Source: Deltaproteobacteria bacterium (GTDB lineage: Bacteria > Myxococcota_A > Polyangia > GCA-2747355 > JADLHG01). From it: a DNA stretch of 64,000 nucleotides. Of the stretch, positions 8,886-19,658 are shown piece by piece; the stretch's first letter is position 1; the number at the start of each line of letters is the position of its first letter. The notes below the pieces were generated by a model. That model saw only the letters and a list, made by a program, of their open reading frames with translations. It made no database searches and was not told the DNA's origin. Where the stretch lies: NCBI GenBank assembly GCA_020848905.1, contig JADLHG010000026.1, positions 17,422-81,421 on the forward strand, given 5' to 3'. Position numbers and translations under genes: made by a program.

Positions 8886-8891
8886 TATAAT
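8886..8891 (+). promoter_or_regulatory. TATAAT -10-like hexamer 8 nt upstream of the kinase ATG. Candidate leaderless promoter.
   Basis: cacgcTATAATcgccggccATG. Only a weak -35 (TTAAGC with a 14-nt spacer). No SD sequence is possible in the 8-nt gap. Confidence 0.3.
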
Positions 8892-8899
8892 CGCCGGCC

Positions 8900-10948
8900 A
8901 TGTCCCGGCGGTGCCTCACCCTCTCGCTCCTCGGCCTCCTTTCGGCCAGCGCCGCCACGGCCCTGCTCTTCACCCTCTGCCTGCCGCTCCTGGTCTCGCT
9001 CCCCGCGGCGAGCTGGACCGGCGTCCCCCTCTGGGGCGTCCTCTCCCCCATGGCCGCCGGACTGGCCGGCGCCGCGGTGCTCCTCGCCGGCCACCGGGGC
9101 CTCCGCCGCGGCGTGCGCGCCGAGCACCTCGGGAACCTGCCGGGCCAGGTCGTGCTCGCTTTCGGAGTCGCCGCCACCACGACCCTCTTCCTCGGCGCGC
9201 TCATCGAGCGCGATGCGCTCCTCCGACACCGCCCGCTCGGGATCTTCCTCTCCGGACCCGCGCTCGTGCTGAGCGTGACCACCCTGCTGCGCCCGATCCT
9301 CCGCGTGCCGCTCGTGGCGGAGATGAACCGCCTGCTGGCGACGAGCCGCCGACCGCGGCGAGCCGAGGCCGACGGCAGCCCGTCCAGCGCCGCACCGGAG
9401 CCCGCCCCGTCCACCTCGCGCGGGCTCTTCCGCAGGTCGAGCCTCGCCGTGCTGGCCATCACGCCGGCCCTCACCGTCTCGGCGCTCGCCCTGGCCGGCG
9501 TCTCGTGGACCTTGATCGGAGTCCACAGCTACTACCACGTGCTCTCGAACGAGGAGCAGATGGCGCGCGGGCACCTCTCCACCCTGCTGCACACGGTGCA
9601 GGTCCAGCTCCAGCGGCTCCCGCACGCCAAGCATCGCGGCTTCGTCGAGACGCTCCCCGCCGCGCGCCAGGGGCAGGTGGTCCTGCTCGACGAGGACGGC
9701 CGCGTGCTGTCGCGCCGTTCGGGCCTCGACCCGCGGATCCCCCTCGAGCAGCGCGGCGAGCGCTGCCGCCAGGCCGAGCAGCAGTGGCGGTGCGCCGTCG
9801 AACCAGCCCCGGGCAATCGCCGGATCGCCGCCCTGCAGGCCCCGTCGCTTCCCGACGCCGAGGTCGCCGCCACCGACATCGGTCCGGCGCTCGTCCTCCT
9901 CGCGCTCGGATTCCTCCTCTTCGCCGGGATGCTCGGCCGCGCCGTCGGACAGGACGCCTCGCGCGACTTCCGCACCGTCACGCAGCAGCTCTACGCCATG
10001 GCCCGCGAGGACCAGCCCGACCTGGGACGCCCGCTCGCGGTGACCTCGCTGGACGAGGTCGGCGAGCTCGTGGCCGCCGTCGGCAAGCTGCGGACCCGCC
10101 TCGGCGCGGAGCTCGAGGCCTACCGCGACTCGGTCCGCAAGACGGCCGAGGCCGAGCGCATGAAGAACCAGTTCCTTTCCGACGTGAGCCACGAGCTCCG
10201 CACCCCGCTCAACTCGCTCTGCGGTCACGCGCAGCTTCTTCTCGAGGGGATCGAAGGTCCTCTGTCGACCGCCCAGCGTGAGGACATCCGCTCGATCTCG
10301 AAGGGGGGACAGCAGCTCCTCGCGCTGATGACCGACGTCCTGGACCTGTCGGTGATCGAGTCCGGAAAGCTCACCCTCAAGACCGAGAAGGTGGACCTGG
10401 CCCGCCTCTGCCGCGACATCGCGGAGGGCCAGCGATCGGTGCTGCGCGCCGCCGCGAAGGAGGGCCCCCCGAAGGTGCAGCTCGAGCTCGACCTCGCCGA
10501 GGAGCTGCCCGAGGTGGTGGCCGATCCGCGCCGCATCCAGCAGGTCCTGCTCAATCTGGTGAGCAACGCCATCAAGTTCACCACCGAGGGGTCGGTCACA
10601 CTGCGCGCCCGGCGCGAGGGCCCGGACCTCGTGCGCCTCGAGGTGGAAGACACGGGCACGGGGATCGGAGCCACCGACCTGCCGCGCGTCTTCGAGGAGT
10701 ACCGTCAGGCGGGCACGCTGCGGTCGAAGCGCAAGGGGACCGGCCTCGGGCTCGCGATCTGCCGCCGCCTCGTGGAGCTCCATGGTGGGCAGATTTCCGC
10801 CGAGAGCGAGATAGACCGGGGCTCGCGCTTCACGGTGCTCCTGCGCGTCGCCGGCCCCCCGCTGGCGGCGTCGTCCCGACCAGGCGGCGGAAGCGACCCG
10901 CGAGGGAGCCGCCCCGAAGGGAGCACCCCGGGAGGCAGCGCGCCGTGA
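8900..10948 (+). CDS. Sensor histidine kinase (multi-TM sensor region, HisKA + HATPase_c)
   Basis: H-box [17 protein letters not shown]1 and G2 boxes ([37 protein letters not shown]). Several N-terminal TM helices. Confidence 0.85.
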   Translation: MSRRCLTLSLLGLLSASAATALLFTLCLPLLVSLPAASWTGVPLWGVLSPMAAGLAGAAVLLAGHRGLRRGVRAEHLGNLPGQVVLAFGVAATTTLFLGALIERDALLRHRPLGIFLSGPALVLSVTTLLRPILRVPLVAEMNRLLATSRRPRRAEADGSPSSAAPEPAPSTSRGLFRRSSLAVLAITPALTVSALALAGVSWTLIGVHSYYHVLSNEEQMARGHLSTLLHTVQVQLQRLPHAKHRGFVETLPAARQGQVVLLDEDGRVLSRRSGLDPRIPLEQRGERCRQAEQQWRCAVEPAPGNRRIAALQAPSLPDAEVAATDIGPALVLLALGFLLFAGMLGRAVGQDASRDFRTVTQQLYAMAREDQPDLGRPLAVTSLDEVGELVAAVGKLRTRLGAELEAYRDSVRKTAEAERMKNQFLSDVSHELRTPLNSLCGHAQLLLEGIEGPLSTAQREDIRSISKGGQQLLALMTDVLDLSVIESGKLTLKTEKVDLARLCRDIAEGQRSVLRAAAKEGPPKVQLELDLAEELPEVVADPRRIQQVLLNLVSNAIKFTTEGSVTLRARREGPDLVRLEVEDTGTGIGATDLPRVFEEYRQAGTLRSKRKGTGLGLAICRRLVELHGGQISAESEIDRGSRFTVLLRVAGPPLAASSRPGGGSDPRGSRPEGSTPGGSAP

Positions 10949-12858
10949 CCCGCGTCTACTTCGCGATGGGGTCGCTCCGCCTGCGGCTCATCCTGGGCGT
11001 GACCATCGGGACCGCCGTGCTCGGCGTCACCGAACTCGCGGGGGGCCAGCGCCTGCTCGGCCTCTCCCCGCTGCAGCTCCAGCAGCAGACGCTCACCTGG
11101 GGGGTCTACGCCACCTTCTTCGTGCTGGTCCTGTCGGCCTACGTCATGACCTACCTAAGGGGTGTCGCGCGCTTTCTCTCCCGCGTGCGCGACGAGGAAG
11201 GGCTCGAGATCCCCGCCGCAGAGAGCGCCGCGGTCCGCCGCACGGTGCTGCGCTTCCCCGTGGACTTCGTCCTCGTCGGCATGGGGCTCGCCACCTTCCT
11301 CACGGCGAGCAAGATCCCCCTCGACGTGCTGGTCTTCGACCTTCCGGCCGGAGCCGCAGTGGGGCTCGCCACCGGCACCGCCACGCTGACCCTCGCGGCG
11401 GGAGTGCTCTTCTACCTCGTGACGCGCGGCTGGATGCGCCCGCTGCTGGCCCACTTCCGGCACGAGGAGGTCCCCGAGGCCTCGCGCATCCCCGTGACCG
11501 GCAAGGTGGCCTTCGCGCTCGTGACCCTCGGCCTGGCCTCGACGGTCCCGACGGCGGTGATCGGGGCCGGCCGGATCCTGAGCCTCGAGCAGCAGAGCGC
11601 CGAGCGCTACGGGCAGCACCTGGCCGACACGCTGGCCCACGGCTCCTCCTGGCTCGCCGAGGACTCCTGGAAGGAAGCCCTGGCGGCCGCGCGACTCCCG
11701 GGCCGTCAGGTGCGTCTCGGGGACCGCCCCACCGCCGCGAGCGCCCCGCTCGTCCCCGGCCACGGGGCCTCCTTTCTGCAGCTCACGACGCTCGAGCCCT
11801 CCCATGCGCCCGCCGGCGAGCTTTCGGTGCTCGTGGTGCTGGCCACGCTGCTCCTCGGCGTGGCGGTCTTCGTCGGACGCAACCTCGGGCTAAGCCTGAG
11901 TCAGGACATCCGGTCGGTGACCCAGCGCATCTCGCTCCTGGCGCAGGGACCGCAGGCCGACGCCGAGCCGACGCCGAAGGGGCTCTCGCCGCTCGTCGCC
12001 GGGGCGCCGCAGTTCAGCGACCTGCGCGAGCTGACCAGCGCGGTGAACGCCCTCCTCTCGCGCATCACCTCGATCCACGTGGCGCACTTCGTCGCGGTGG
12101 AGCGCACACTCGAGGCGGACCAGCTTCGCACGCAGTTTCTCGCCAACATGAGTCACGATCTGCGCAGTCCCCTGAACTCGATCCTCGGCTTCGCGGAGCT
12201 CCTGCTGCAGGGGATGGAGGGGGAGCTCCCCCCCGCGCAGCACCAGGCGATCGAGACCATCCACCGCAACGGCACCGAGCTACTGCACCTGGTGAACGAG
12301 GTGCTGGAGTCGGCGAAGCTCGAGGCGGGGCGGCTGGCGCTGCACCGCGAGGACATGCCGCCGGCGGAGCTCCTCTCGGCCGCGCTCAAGGAGGCGCATT
12401 CCCGCGGCGTGCCCGCCGGAGTCGAGCTCTCCTCGGAGCTCCAGGCCGGGCTGCCGGTGCTCTTCGTCGACGGCCCGCGCCTGGCCGAGGCGCTGGCCTA
12501 CCTCGTGACCTACGCCGCCCAGGCGCTGCAAAACGGACGGATCCAGGTGCGCGTGCGCGCCACACCGCCGGCGGGCGAGACGCGCATCACCGAACAGCGC
12601 CTCACGCTCCAGCTCGTCGTGGCCGACGACGGGCCGGGCCTCTCCGAGGAGGAGAAGGAGCACCTCTTCTCGGGCTTCCGCCGCCGCCCCGGGCAGCGCG
12701 GCCTGAACCTCGGGCTCCCGCTCGCGCGCGCGCTCATCGAGCTCCACGGCGGAACGCTCGCCGTCTACAGCGCCGCGGGGCAAGGGACCACCTTCATGGC
12801 CAGCGTACCGGTTCAGGCCCGCCGCATGTCGGGCCGCTTTCGGCCCGTAAGGGTCTGA
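10945..12858 (+). CDS. Sensor histidine kinase (membrane, HisKA + HATPase_c)
   Basis: H-box [18 protein letters not shown]-binding motifs ([28 protein letters not shown]). The GTG start overlaps the upstream TGA (GTGA). Confidence 0.85.
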   Translation: MTRVYFAMGSLRLRLILGVTIGTAVLGVTELAGGQRLLGLSPLQLQQQTLTWGVYATFFVLVLSAYVMTYLRGVARFLSRVRDEEGLEIPAAESAAVRRTVLRFPVDFVLVGMGLATFLTASKIPLDVLVFDLPAGAAVGLATGTATLTLAAGVLFYLVTRGWMRPLLAHFRHEEVPEASRIPVTGKVAFALVTLGLASTVPTAVIGAGRILSLEQQSAERYGQHLADTLAHGSSWLAEDSWKEALAAARLPGRQVRLGDRPTAASAPLVPGHGASFLQLTTLEPSHAPAGELSVLVVLATLLLGVAVFVGRNLGLSLSQDIRSVTQRISLLAQGPQADAEPTPKGLSPLVAGAPQFSDLRELTSAVNALLSRITSIHVAHFVAVERTLEADQLRTQFLANMSHDLRSPLNSILGFAELLLQGMEGELPPAQHQAIETIHRNGTELLHLVNEVLESAKLEAGRLALHREDMPPAELLSAALKEAHSRGVPAGVELSSELQAGLPVLFVDGPRLAEALAYLVTYAAQALQNGRIQVRVRATPPAGETRITEQRLTLQLVVADDGPGLSEEEKEHLFSGFRRRPGQRGLNLGLPLARALIELHGGTLAVYSAAGQGTTFMASVPVQARRMSGRFRPVRV

Positions 12859-12869
12859 GCGCGGGCCGC

Positions 12870-13868
12870 GTGGTATACTGCCCCGACGAGACGCCATCCG
12901 TGATTCCCCAGGCGAAGCAGAGCGCGGCGGTCTCTCCCGCCGTGGTGCAGCGGATCGAGCAGGCGGTGGAGCGCGCGGTGCGCGGCAAGCGCGAGGTGGT
13001 GCGCCTGCTCCTCGCCGCGCTCTTCGCCCGCGGCCACGTGCTCATCGAGGACGTCCCCGGGGTGGGCAAGACCACGCTGGCGCGGGCGCTGGCCGCCTGC
13101 CTCGGCGGGACCTTCCGACGCATCCAGTTCACCTCGGACCTCCTCCCGTCGGACATCCTCGGGGTGAACGTCTATCGCGCCGAATCGGGGGCGTTCGAGT
13201 TCAAGCCGGGGCCGATCTTCGCCCACGTCGTGCTGGCCGACGAGATCAACCGCACCACGCCGCGCACGCAGAGCTCGTTGATGGAGGCCCTGAACGAGGG
13301 GCAGGTCACAGTGGATAATCACACCTACCCGCTCGAGTCGCCGTTCCTCGTCATCGCCACGCAGAACCCGGTCGAGCACTTCGGCACCTATCCGCTCCCC
13401 GAGTCGCAGATGGATCGGTTCCTCCTGCGCGTCACCATGGGCTACCCGGCCCACGACGACGAGCGGCGGCTGATCGCGGAGGGGGGTGGCCTCGACGCGG
13501 TGGCGAGCCTCGAGCCGGTGGTCACGCTCGACCAGGTGCGCGCCATGCAGGAGGTCGTGGATCAGGTGCGCGTGGATCCGGCGCTCCTCGACTACGTGAT
13601 GACGGTGGTGGCGGAGACGCGGCGCTCTCCGCACCTGGCGCTGGGGGTGAGCACCCGCGGGGCCATCGCCTGGTATCGCGCGGCGCAGGCCTTCGCGCTC
13701 GTGCAGGGACGCGACTACTGCGTCCCCGACGACGTGAAGCAGCTCGCGCCGAGCGTCCTCGCGCACCGGGTGATCCTCTCCGGGCAGCAGGAGGCGCTGG
13801 CGCAAGGGCGCGACGAGGCCGAGCAGGTGATCGCCGAGCTCCTGGCTCGCCTCCCCGTCCCTCTGTGA
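12870..13868 (+). CDS. MoxR-family AAA+ ATPase
   Basis: Walker [13 protein letters not shown]. Walker [25 protein letters not shown]. Typical MoxR length. An alternative GTG start is at 12900. Confidence 0.85.
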   Translation: MVYCPDETPSVIPQAKQSAAVSPAVVQRIEQAVERAVRGKREVVRLLLAALFARGHVLIEDVPGVGKTTLARALAACLGGTFRRIQFTSDLLPSDILGVNVYRAESGAFEFKPGPIFAHVVLADEINRTTPRTQSSLMEALNEGQVTVDNHTYPLESPFLVIATQNPVEHFGTYPLPESQMDRFLLRVTMGYPAHDDERRLIAEGGGLDAVASLEPVVTLDQVRAMQEVVDQVRVDPALLDYVMTVVAETRRSPHLALGVSTRGAIAWYRAAQAFALVQGRDYCVPDDVKQLAPSVLAHRVILSGQQEALAQGRDEAEQVIAELLARLPVPL

Positions 13869-13899
13869 TCGCCCCGCCCACCGAGCCCACGGAAAGGCC

Positions 13900-14958
13900 G
13901 TGAAGCCCCGCTACCGCGCCCCCCGGCTGCGCTTCACCCGCGAGGGGAAGTACTTCGTCCTGCTGACCCTCGGCATCGGCTTCGCAGCGATCAACACCGG
14001 CAACAACCTCCTCTACCTCGTCCTCGGCATGCTGCTCTCGCTGATCGTGGGGAGCGGCGTCCTCTCCGAGCTCGGCCTCCTCGGGCTCTCCGCCCGGCGC
14101 AGGTTCCCGAGGCGCGTCTACGCGGGACGGCCGGTCCTCGCCACGGTGACGCTCGAGAACACGAAGCGTCGCCTCCCCTCCTTCTCCGTCGAGGTCCAGG
14201 ACCTGCTCGAGGGCCGGCCCCTCGACAAGAAGTGCTACTTCCTCAAGGTCCCGGCCCGCCGTTCGCAGGAGACCTCGTACCGCCACACCTTCCCGCGTCG
14301 AGGGGCCTACACGCTCACCGAGCTCGTACTCGGCACGCGCTTCCCCTTCGCGCTCTTCTTCAAGAGCTATAGGCACCACGCGCCGCTCGAGCTGGTCGTC
14401 TACCCCGCCGTGGAGCCGCTCTCGCCCGAGGAGCGCGGCGCCCGCGAGGGAGACGACAGGCTCGGCGTGCGGCTGGCCCGCCGGGGCGAGTTCCACGCCC
14501 TGCGCGAGTACCGCACCGGCGACGACCCGCGAGAGATTCACTGGCGCAAGAGCGCCCGCCTCGGTCGCCCCTTCGTGCGCCAGCACGAGGAACCGACCGG
14601 ACAGCGGCTGATGATCCTGCTCGACAACGGCGTCGATCGAGCTGCGCTCGGCGCCGAGGAGCTCGAGGCGCAAGAGCGCGCCGTGGTGCGCGCCGCCTCG
14701 CTCGCCACGCACTACCTCGAGCGAGGCTACGCCGTGGGGCTCGCCACCCGCACGGGGAGCGTGCCCCTCGGCTCCGGGCCTGGGCAGCTCGACCACCTCC
14801 TGCGCGCGCTCGCGCTCCTCGCCTTCGTCCCGGCCGAGGCCCCCCTCACGCCTCCGTCGCGCTTCTCCGGCGAGACGATCCTCGTGCGCCCCGGCCCCCC
14901 CTCGACCGCGCGCCCCTCTGCCGCGCCCCCCTCCGCGGCGGCCGGAGGGTCCCGCTGA
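13900..14958 (+). CDS. DUF58-family protein (MoxR partner, vWA-like)
   Basis: N-terminal TM pair. Signature [19 protein letters not shown] typical of DUF58. Lies immediately downstream of MoxR. Confidence 0.75.
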   Translation: MKPRYRAPRLRFTREGKYFVLLTLGIGFAAINTGNNLLYLVLGMLLSLIVGSGVLSELGLLGLSARRRFPRRVYAGRPVLATVTLENTKRRLPSFSVEVQDLLEGRPLDKKCYFLKVPARRSQETSYRHTFPRRGAYTLTELVLGTRFPFALFFKSYRHHAPLELVVYPAVEPLSPEERGAREGDDRLGVRLARRGEFHALREYRTGDDPREIHWRKSARLGRPFVRQHEEPTGQRLMILLDNGVDRAALGAEELEAQERAVVRAASLATHYLERGYAVGLATRTGSVPLGSGPGQLDHLLRALALLAFVPAEAPLTPPSRFSGETILVRPGPPSTARPSAAPPSAAAGGSR

Positions 14959-17180
14959 TGCGCTTCTCCTCGCTCCACAAGCTCTGCGCCTACCTCACGG
15001 TCGGCAGCGCCCTGGCGGCGGTGCTCCTCAGCCCGGAGCTCTCCCCCGCCGCGCGCCTCCTCCCCCCGCTCGCCCTCCTCCTGAGCTGGTTCGCCGAGCC
15101 CCCGCGCTGGCCCACGGCACGCCTCGCCGCGGCCTGGAACGTGGCCACGCTCGTCTTTCTGCTCGTGCAAGGGGCGCAGGTCCTCTCGGGCGCTCCGCTG
15201 ATCGAGGCCGGGGTGCACTTTCTGCTCGCAGTGCTGGTGAACAAGCTCTTCAACCGACGCACGAGCAAGGACTACCAGCAGCTCTACGTGGTGAGCCTCC
15301 TGCTCCTCGTGGCAGGCACGGTGCTCAACACGAGCCTCTCGTACGCCGTCTGCTTCGTGCTCTACGTCGTCTTCGCCACCTGGGCGCTGATCCTCTTCCA
15401 CCTGCGGCGCGAGATGGAGGAGAACTACCTCCTCAAGCACGGCGAGGACGAACGCAGCGAGCGCGTGGACGTGGAGCGCATCTTCGCCTCGCGACGAATC
15501 GTCGGCCCGGGGTTTCTCGCCGGCACCTCCCTCATCTCGCTCGTGATCCTCCTCGGCTCGGTGCTCCTCTTCACCTTCTTCCCGCGCGTGGGCTTCGGCC
15601 TCTTCTTCGGCCAGAAGCGCGGCGGCGTGATGATGGCCGGCTTTCGCGAGCAGGTGGCCCTCGGGCAGCACGGCACGGTGCGCGACAACCCGAAGGTCGT
15701 CATGCGGATCGTCTTCCCGGAGGGGAAGCGGCCGCCGCTCCTCTATTTCCGCGGGTCGGTCTACGACGCCTACCGCGACGGGACCTGGAGCCACGGCGCG
15801 GGGCTCGCCGGCACGACCGTGCCGATCGCGCCGACGGAAGGGCTCTACCTCGTGAACCCGGCTCCAGGCCTCCCCGCCGAGCCGCCCCCGCGCCTGGTTC
15901 GCGAGCGGCTCCTCCGGCAGGAGGTGTACCTCGAGCCGCTCGACTCGACGGTGCTCTTCGGCGCCGACCGCCCCGTGGCGGTCGAGGTGCCGCGTCCCCC
16001 CGGCGGGCTGCGTCCCCCTTTCCTGCCGCGCCGCGGCCCGCATGGCGAGCTCCGCGCCGACCGCGTGCGCACCGCCGGCGTGCACTACGTCGTCTTCTCG
16101 CAGCCGAAGCGCCCCGCGGCGCCGCTCCTCCGCTCGGCAGAAGCGCTCGAGGGCCCCCGCCTCGCGCGGTTTCTGCGCCTGCCCCCGGAGCTTCCCGAGC
16201 GGGTTCGCGCCCTCGGTCGCCGCCTCGTGGCAAGCGATCGCACGGTCTACGACAAGGTGCTCGCCGTCCAGCGCTACCTGACGACGAACTACCGCTACAC
16301 CCTGGCGCTCCAGCACCAGCCCGGACGCGAGCCGGTGGACGAGTTTCTCTTCGAGACCCGCCAGGGACACTGCGAGTACTTCGCCTCGGCCTTTGCCGTG
16401 CTCCTGCGTGCGGGCGGGGTCCACGCGCGCAACGTGAACGGCTTCGCCGGCGGGGAGTGGAACGGCTACGGCAAGTACCTCGCCGTGCGCGAGGGGGACG
16501 CGCACGCCTGGACCGAGGTGCTCTTTCCGAACGTGGGGTGGGTGGCCTTCGACGCCACGCCGACGGGGGCCGTGGCGCGCCCCGCCCCAGCCGGCTTCCT
16601 GAACAGCGTGACCCAGCTCCTCGATACGCTGCGCCTGCGCTGGTTCCGTTACGTGGTCGAGTACGACCTCGGCAAGCAGGTGGCCCTCTTCCGCCGCGCC
16701 GAGCGCCTCGTCAGCGGCCGCGGAGCGAAGCGCGAGGGGAGCTCGTGGTTTGCGCGCCACCGCAGGCTCCTCCTTGGTGCCGGAGGCGCGGCACTGGCCT
16801 GCCTCCTTGTCGTCGTGGCGTGGCGGCGGCGCAGGCGGCGCGGCTCCGACCCCGTGCGCGGCGAGGCCCGCGGCAGACCCCACCCCGCGGCGCAGCTCTA
16901 TCGCCGGGCCACGGCGCTCCTCACGCGGGCGGGCCGCACGCGCCCGGAGAGCGTCACCCCGCGAGAGTTCGCACGCGCGCTCGCCGAACAGCGCTTCCCG
17001 GCGGCGCCGCTGGTGGGGGACGTGACGGACTGCTACTATCGGGCCCGCTTCTCGCCGGTGCAGGGTGCGCGCGCCGAGCTCGAGACGCTGAGCCGGCTCG
17101 TCGGACAGCTCGAGCTCGCCCTGCGCGAGGCTGCGAGCGCCCCCGCGGCGGGTCCACGGAGCGCAAGGAGGGATCGATGA
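14958..17180 (+). CDS. Transglutaminase-like domain membrane protein (DUF3488-TGase-DUF4129 type)
   Basis: TGase core GHCEYFASAFAVLLRAGGVHARNVNGF...HAWTEVLFPNVGWVAFDATP (Cys-His-Asp). Multiple N-terminal TM helices. The ATG overlaps the upstream stop (TGATG). Confidence 0.8.
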   Translation: MRFSSLHKLCAYLTVGSALAAVLLSPELSPAARLLPPLALLLSWFAEPPRWPTARLAAAWNVATLVFLLVQGAQVLSGAPLIEAGVHFLLAVLVNKLFNRRTSKDYQQLYVVSLLLLVAGTVLNTSLSYAVCFVLYVVFATWALILFHLRREMEENYLLKHGEDERSERVDVERIFASRRIVGPGFLAGTSLISLVILLGSVLLFTFFPRVGFGLFFGQKRGGVMMAGFREQVALGQHGTVRDNPKVVMRIVFPEGKRPPLLYFRGSVYDAYRDGTWSHGAGLAGTTVPIAPTEGLYLVNPAPGLPAEPPPRLVRERLLRQEVYLEPLDSTVLFGADRPVAVEVPRPPGGLRPPFLPRRGPHGELRADRVRTAGVHYVVFSQPKRPAAPLLRSAEALEGPRLARFLRLPPELPERVRALGRRLVASDRTVYDKVLAVQRYLTTNYRYTLALQHQPGREPVDEFLFETRQGHCEYFASAFAVLLRAGGVHARNVNGFAGGEWNGYGKYLAVREGDAHAWTEVLFPNVGWVAFDATPTGAVARPAPAGFLNSVTQLLDTLRLRWFRYVVEYDLGKQVALFRRAERLVSGRGAKREGSSWFARHRRLLLGAGGAALACLLVVVAWRRRRRRGSDPVRGEARGRPHPAAQLYRRATALLTRAGRTRPESVTPREFARALAEQRFPAAPLVGDVTDCYYRARFSPVQGARAELETLSRLVGQLELALREAASAPAAGPRSARRDR

Positions 17181-18193
17181 GCTATCGCGTCGCCGTCGTC
17201 GGAGCCACGGGAGCCGTGGGCCACGAGATGCTGGAGGTGCTCTGGCAGCGCCGCTTCCCGGTGCGAGAGATCGTCGCGCTGGCCTCCGCCCGCTCGGCCG
17301 GCAAGAGCGTCCGCTTCGGGGACCGCGAGCTCCCCGTCGAAGTGCTCGGCCGGGACAGCTTCCGCGGCGTGCAGGTCGCCCTCTTCTCACCGGGCGCGTC
17401 GGTGAGCCGTGAGTTCGCTCCCCTCGCCGCCCAGGCCGGCGCGAAGGTGGTGGACAACACGAGCGCCTTCCGCATGGACCCTGACGTGCCGCTCGTGGTC
17501 CCCGAGGTGAACGGCGACGAGGCCCTCGCCTGCCCGCGGGGGATCATCGCCAACCCCAATTGCTCCACCATCCAGATGGTCGTGGCGCTCGACCCCCTCC
17601 GCAAGGCGGCCGGGCTCCGGCGCATCGTCGTCTCTACCTATCAGGCGGTGGCCGGCGCGGGCCAGAAGGCGATGGAAGAGCTCCAGCAGCAGATGACCGC
17701 GTGGGCCAGCGGCGCGACGCAACCTGCGCCGAAGGTCTTCCCCCACCCGATCCTGATGGAATGCATTCCGCAGATCGGCGACTTCCTCCCCGACGGAGAC
17801 AGCGTCGAGGAGCAGAAGATGGTCAAGGAGACGCAGAAGATCTTCGGCCTGCCGAACCTGCGCGTGAGCGCGACCACCGTGCGCGTGCCGGTGCTCATCG
17901 GGCACAGCGAGTCGGTCAACGTCGAACTCGAGCGACCGCTCTCGGCGGCCGAGGCCCGGGCGCTCCTCGCCGAGGCCCCGGGGGTCACGCTGATCGACGA
18001 CCCTGCGGCCCGAAAGTATCCCCTGGCGCGGCTCGCCGCCGGCACCGACCCGGTGTACGTGGGGCGCGTCCGGCGTGACCCGTCGGTCGAGCACGGGCTG
18101 AACCTCTGGGTCGTCTCCGACAACCTGCGCAAGGGCGCCGCGCTCAACGCGGTCCAGATCGCCGAGCACCTCGCCGCAGCAGGGGCGCTGTAG
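17177..18193 (+). CDS. asd: Aspartate-semialdehyde dehydrogenase
   Basis: MSYRVAVVGATGAVGHEM NAD-binding N-terminus. Active site ANPNCSTIQMVVAL. The ATG overlaps the upstream TGA. RBS AAGGAGGG. Confidence 0.9.
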   Translation: MSYRVAVVGATGAVGHEMLEVLWQRRFPVREIVALASARSAGKSVRFGDRELPVEVLGRDSFRGVQVALFSPGASVSREFAPLAAQAGAKVVDNTSAFRMDPDVPLVVPEVNGDEALACPRGIIANPNCSTIQMVVALDPLRKAAGLRRIVVSTYQAVAGAGQKAMEELQQQMTAWASGATQPAPKVFPHPILMECIPQIGDFLPDGDSVEEQKMVKETQKIFGLPNLRVSATTVRVPVLIGHSESVNVELERPLSAAEARALLAEAPGVTLIDDPAARKYPLARLAAGTDPVYVGRVRRDPSVEHGLNLWVVSDNLRKGAALNAVQIAEHLAAAGAL

Positions 18194-18365
18194 ATCGTCG
18201 CACGGCACGGGCCCACCTGCCGTTCTGGCGGCCCGCTCGCGGCAATTCTTGACAGATTGGCACGGCTTGGCCAGGCTAGGTTCCGCTCGGTGCGGCCAAG
18301 GCCCCGCCACAACTCAACTCCACGCCCCCTCGAGGGTGGCACATCGCTTGCTGAACAACTCCCCG

Positions 18366-19658
18366 ATGCCGCGTACGTTCCGCTCTCCTCGTCGTGTGGG
18401 GTTTCTCCTCGCGTGGGCCGCCCTCCTGCTTGCGCCGTCGGCCGCCCATGGGGCCTTCGCGGTCCGCGCCATCGAGCTCGACGACGCGGACGGCCGCATC
18501 GCCACCTCGAAGCTCCTCGAATACTTCAACCTGGCCCGCTGCCGCTGCGACCACCCGGTCAAGGTGATCGTGCGCATCACCCCCGACCTGGCGGCCAAGG
18601 GGCGCCTGCGCATCGTGAGCGGTCAGAGCTGCCTGACCACCACCGACAACAAGATCAAGCCCGAGTGCCGCGTGCTCTTCGCCGGCAAACTCAACGAGCA
18701 GCGCACCGATCTCTTCATCGACACCTCGGCCGCGCAGCTCATGACGAAGAGCGGCGGCTCGTGCGAGGCCAGCGAGGAGCTGGACTACACCATCTCGGTC
18801 TTCACCGACGTCGACGACGAGAAGTGGACCGAGAACGCGAGCAAGCTGACCTACTCCGTGGACACCAAGCGCCCCGTGGCCCCTTCGGCCGCGAAGAACA
18901 GCGACGGGACGACCCGAGCGCCCGAGGCGGGGGAGAGTCTGGTCAAGGTGAGCTTCGAGCAGCCGACCACCTCCGCCGAGAAGAACGTGAAGTACCAGCT
19001 CCTCTGCGAGCGCGTGAAGGACGGCCAGCCGGTGCTCGCGAGCCCTCCGGGGGCGGAGTACAAGACCCGGGCGTTGCTCAAGCAGTGCCGAGGGAGCGCC
19101 ACGACGAGCGACGGCGGCAGCCCGAGGGCCGACAGCCGCGCAGCCGACGCGGCGCCCCGCGATGGCGGCGTCGCGGAGGCCGGCACGAAGGAGGCGGGAG
19201 CCACCGAGGCCGGCCCCCGAGACGCGGGGACCCCCGACCAGGCAGCGCTCTCGCCGGACGCGAGCAGCTCGCTCCCCACCGGGATCGCCGAGCTGGACCC
19301 CCGCTATATCTGCTCCGCGGGCTTCCAGTCGGCCGGCAGCTACGACATCGCCGGCCTCGAGAACGGCCTGGCCTACCGCTTCTACGTGGTGTCGATCGAC
19401 CAGCGGGGCAACCCGAGCCTCCCGGCCGAGCTCGGTGAAGCCACGCCGCACCTCGAGGAGGACCTCTGGGAGCGCTACAAACGAAAGGGCGGTCAGGCCG
19501 AGGGGTGCGCGGTGAGCGAAGGACGCGGCGGGGCCCGACAGACCGTCGTCTCGGTGGCTTCGCTGCTCCTCGCGAGCCTCGTCCTCGGCGGCGTCTGGCT
19601 GGCACGACGCACCACCCGGCGACGCCGCGCCGGCGCCGCGAAGAAGGACGCGCCATGA
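18366..19658 (+). CDS. Secreted protein with a C-terminal MYXO-CTERM-like sorting signal
   Basis: Signal peptide MPRTFRSPRRVGFLLAWAALLLAPSAAHG. The C-terminus GGQAEGCAVSEGRGGARQ-TVVSVASLLLASLVLGGVWLA-RRTTRRRR has the Cys, Gly-rich, TM, basic-tail layout of MYXO-CTERM. Confidence 0.65.
   Translation: MPRTFRSPRRVGFLLAWAALLLAPSAAHGAFAVRAIELDDADGRIATSKLLEYFNLARCRCDHPVKVIVRITPDLAAKGRLRIVSGQSCLTTTDNKIKPECRVLFAGKLNEQRTDLFIDTSAAQLMTKSGGSCEASEELDYTISVFTDVDDEKWTENASKLTYSVDTKRPVAPSAAKNSDGTTRAPEAGESLVKVSFEQPTTSAEKNVKYQLLCERVKDGQPVLASPPGAEYKTRALLKQCRGSATTSDGGSPRADSRAADAAPRDGGVAEAGTKEAGATEAGPRDAGTPDQAALSPDASSSLPTGIAELDPRYICSAGFQSAGSYDIAGLENGLAYRFYVVSIDQRGNPSLPAELGEATPHLEEDLWERYKRKGGQAEGCAVSEGRGGARQTVVSVASLLLASLVLGGVWLARRTTRRRRAGAAKKDAP

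Noticed and set aside
7537-10281. 914-aa plus-strand ORF overlapping the vWA gene (antisense) and the first histidine kinase (alternate frame)
   Set aside because: It conflicts with two strongly supported genes, and its composition is Arg/Pro-rich with no motifs.
16457-17176. N-terminal 240 aa of the 16457..18193 six-frame ORF upstream of asd
   Set aside because: It overlaps the C-terminus of the transglutaminase-like gene in another frame. asd clearly starts at the ATG at 17177, which has an RBS and an ATGA overlap.
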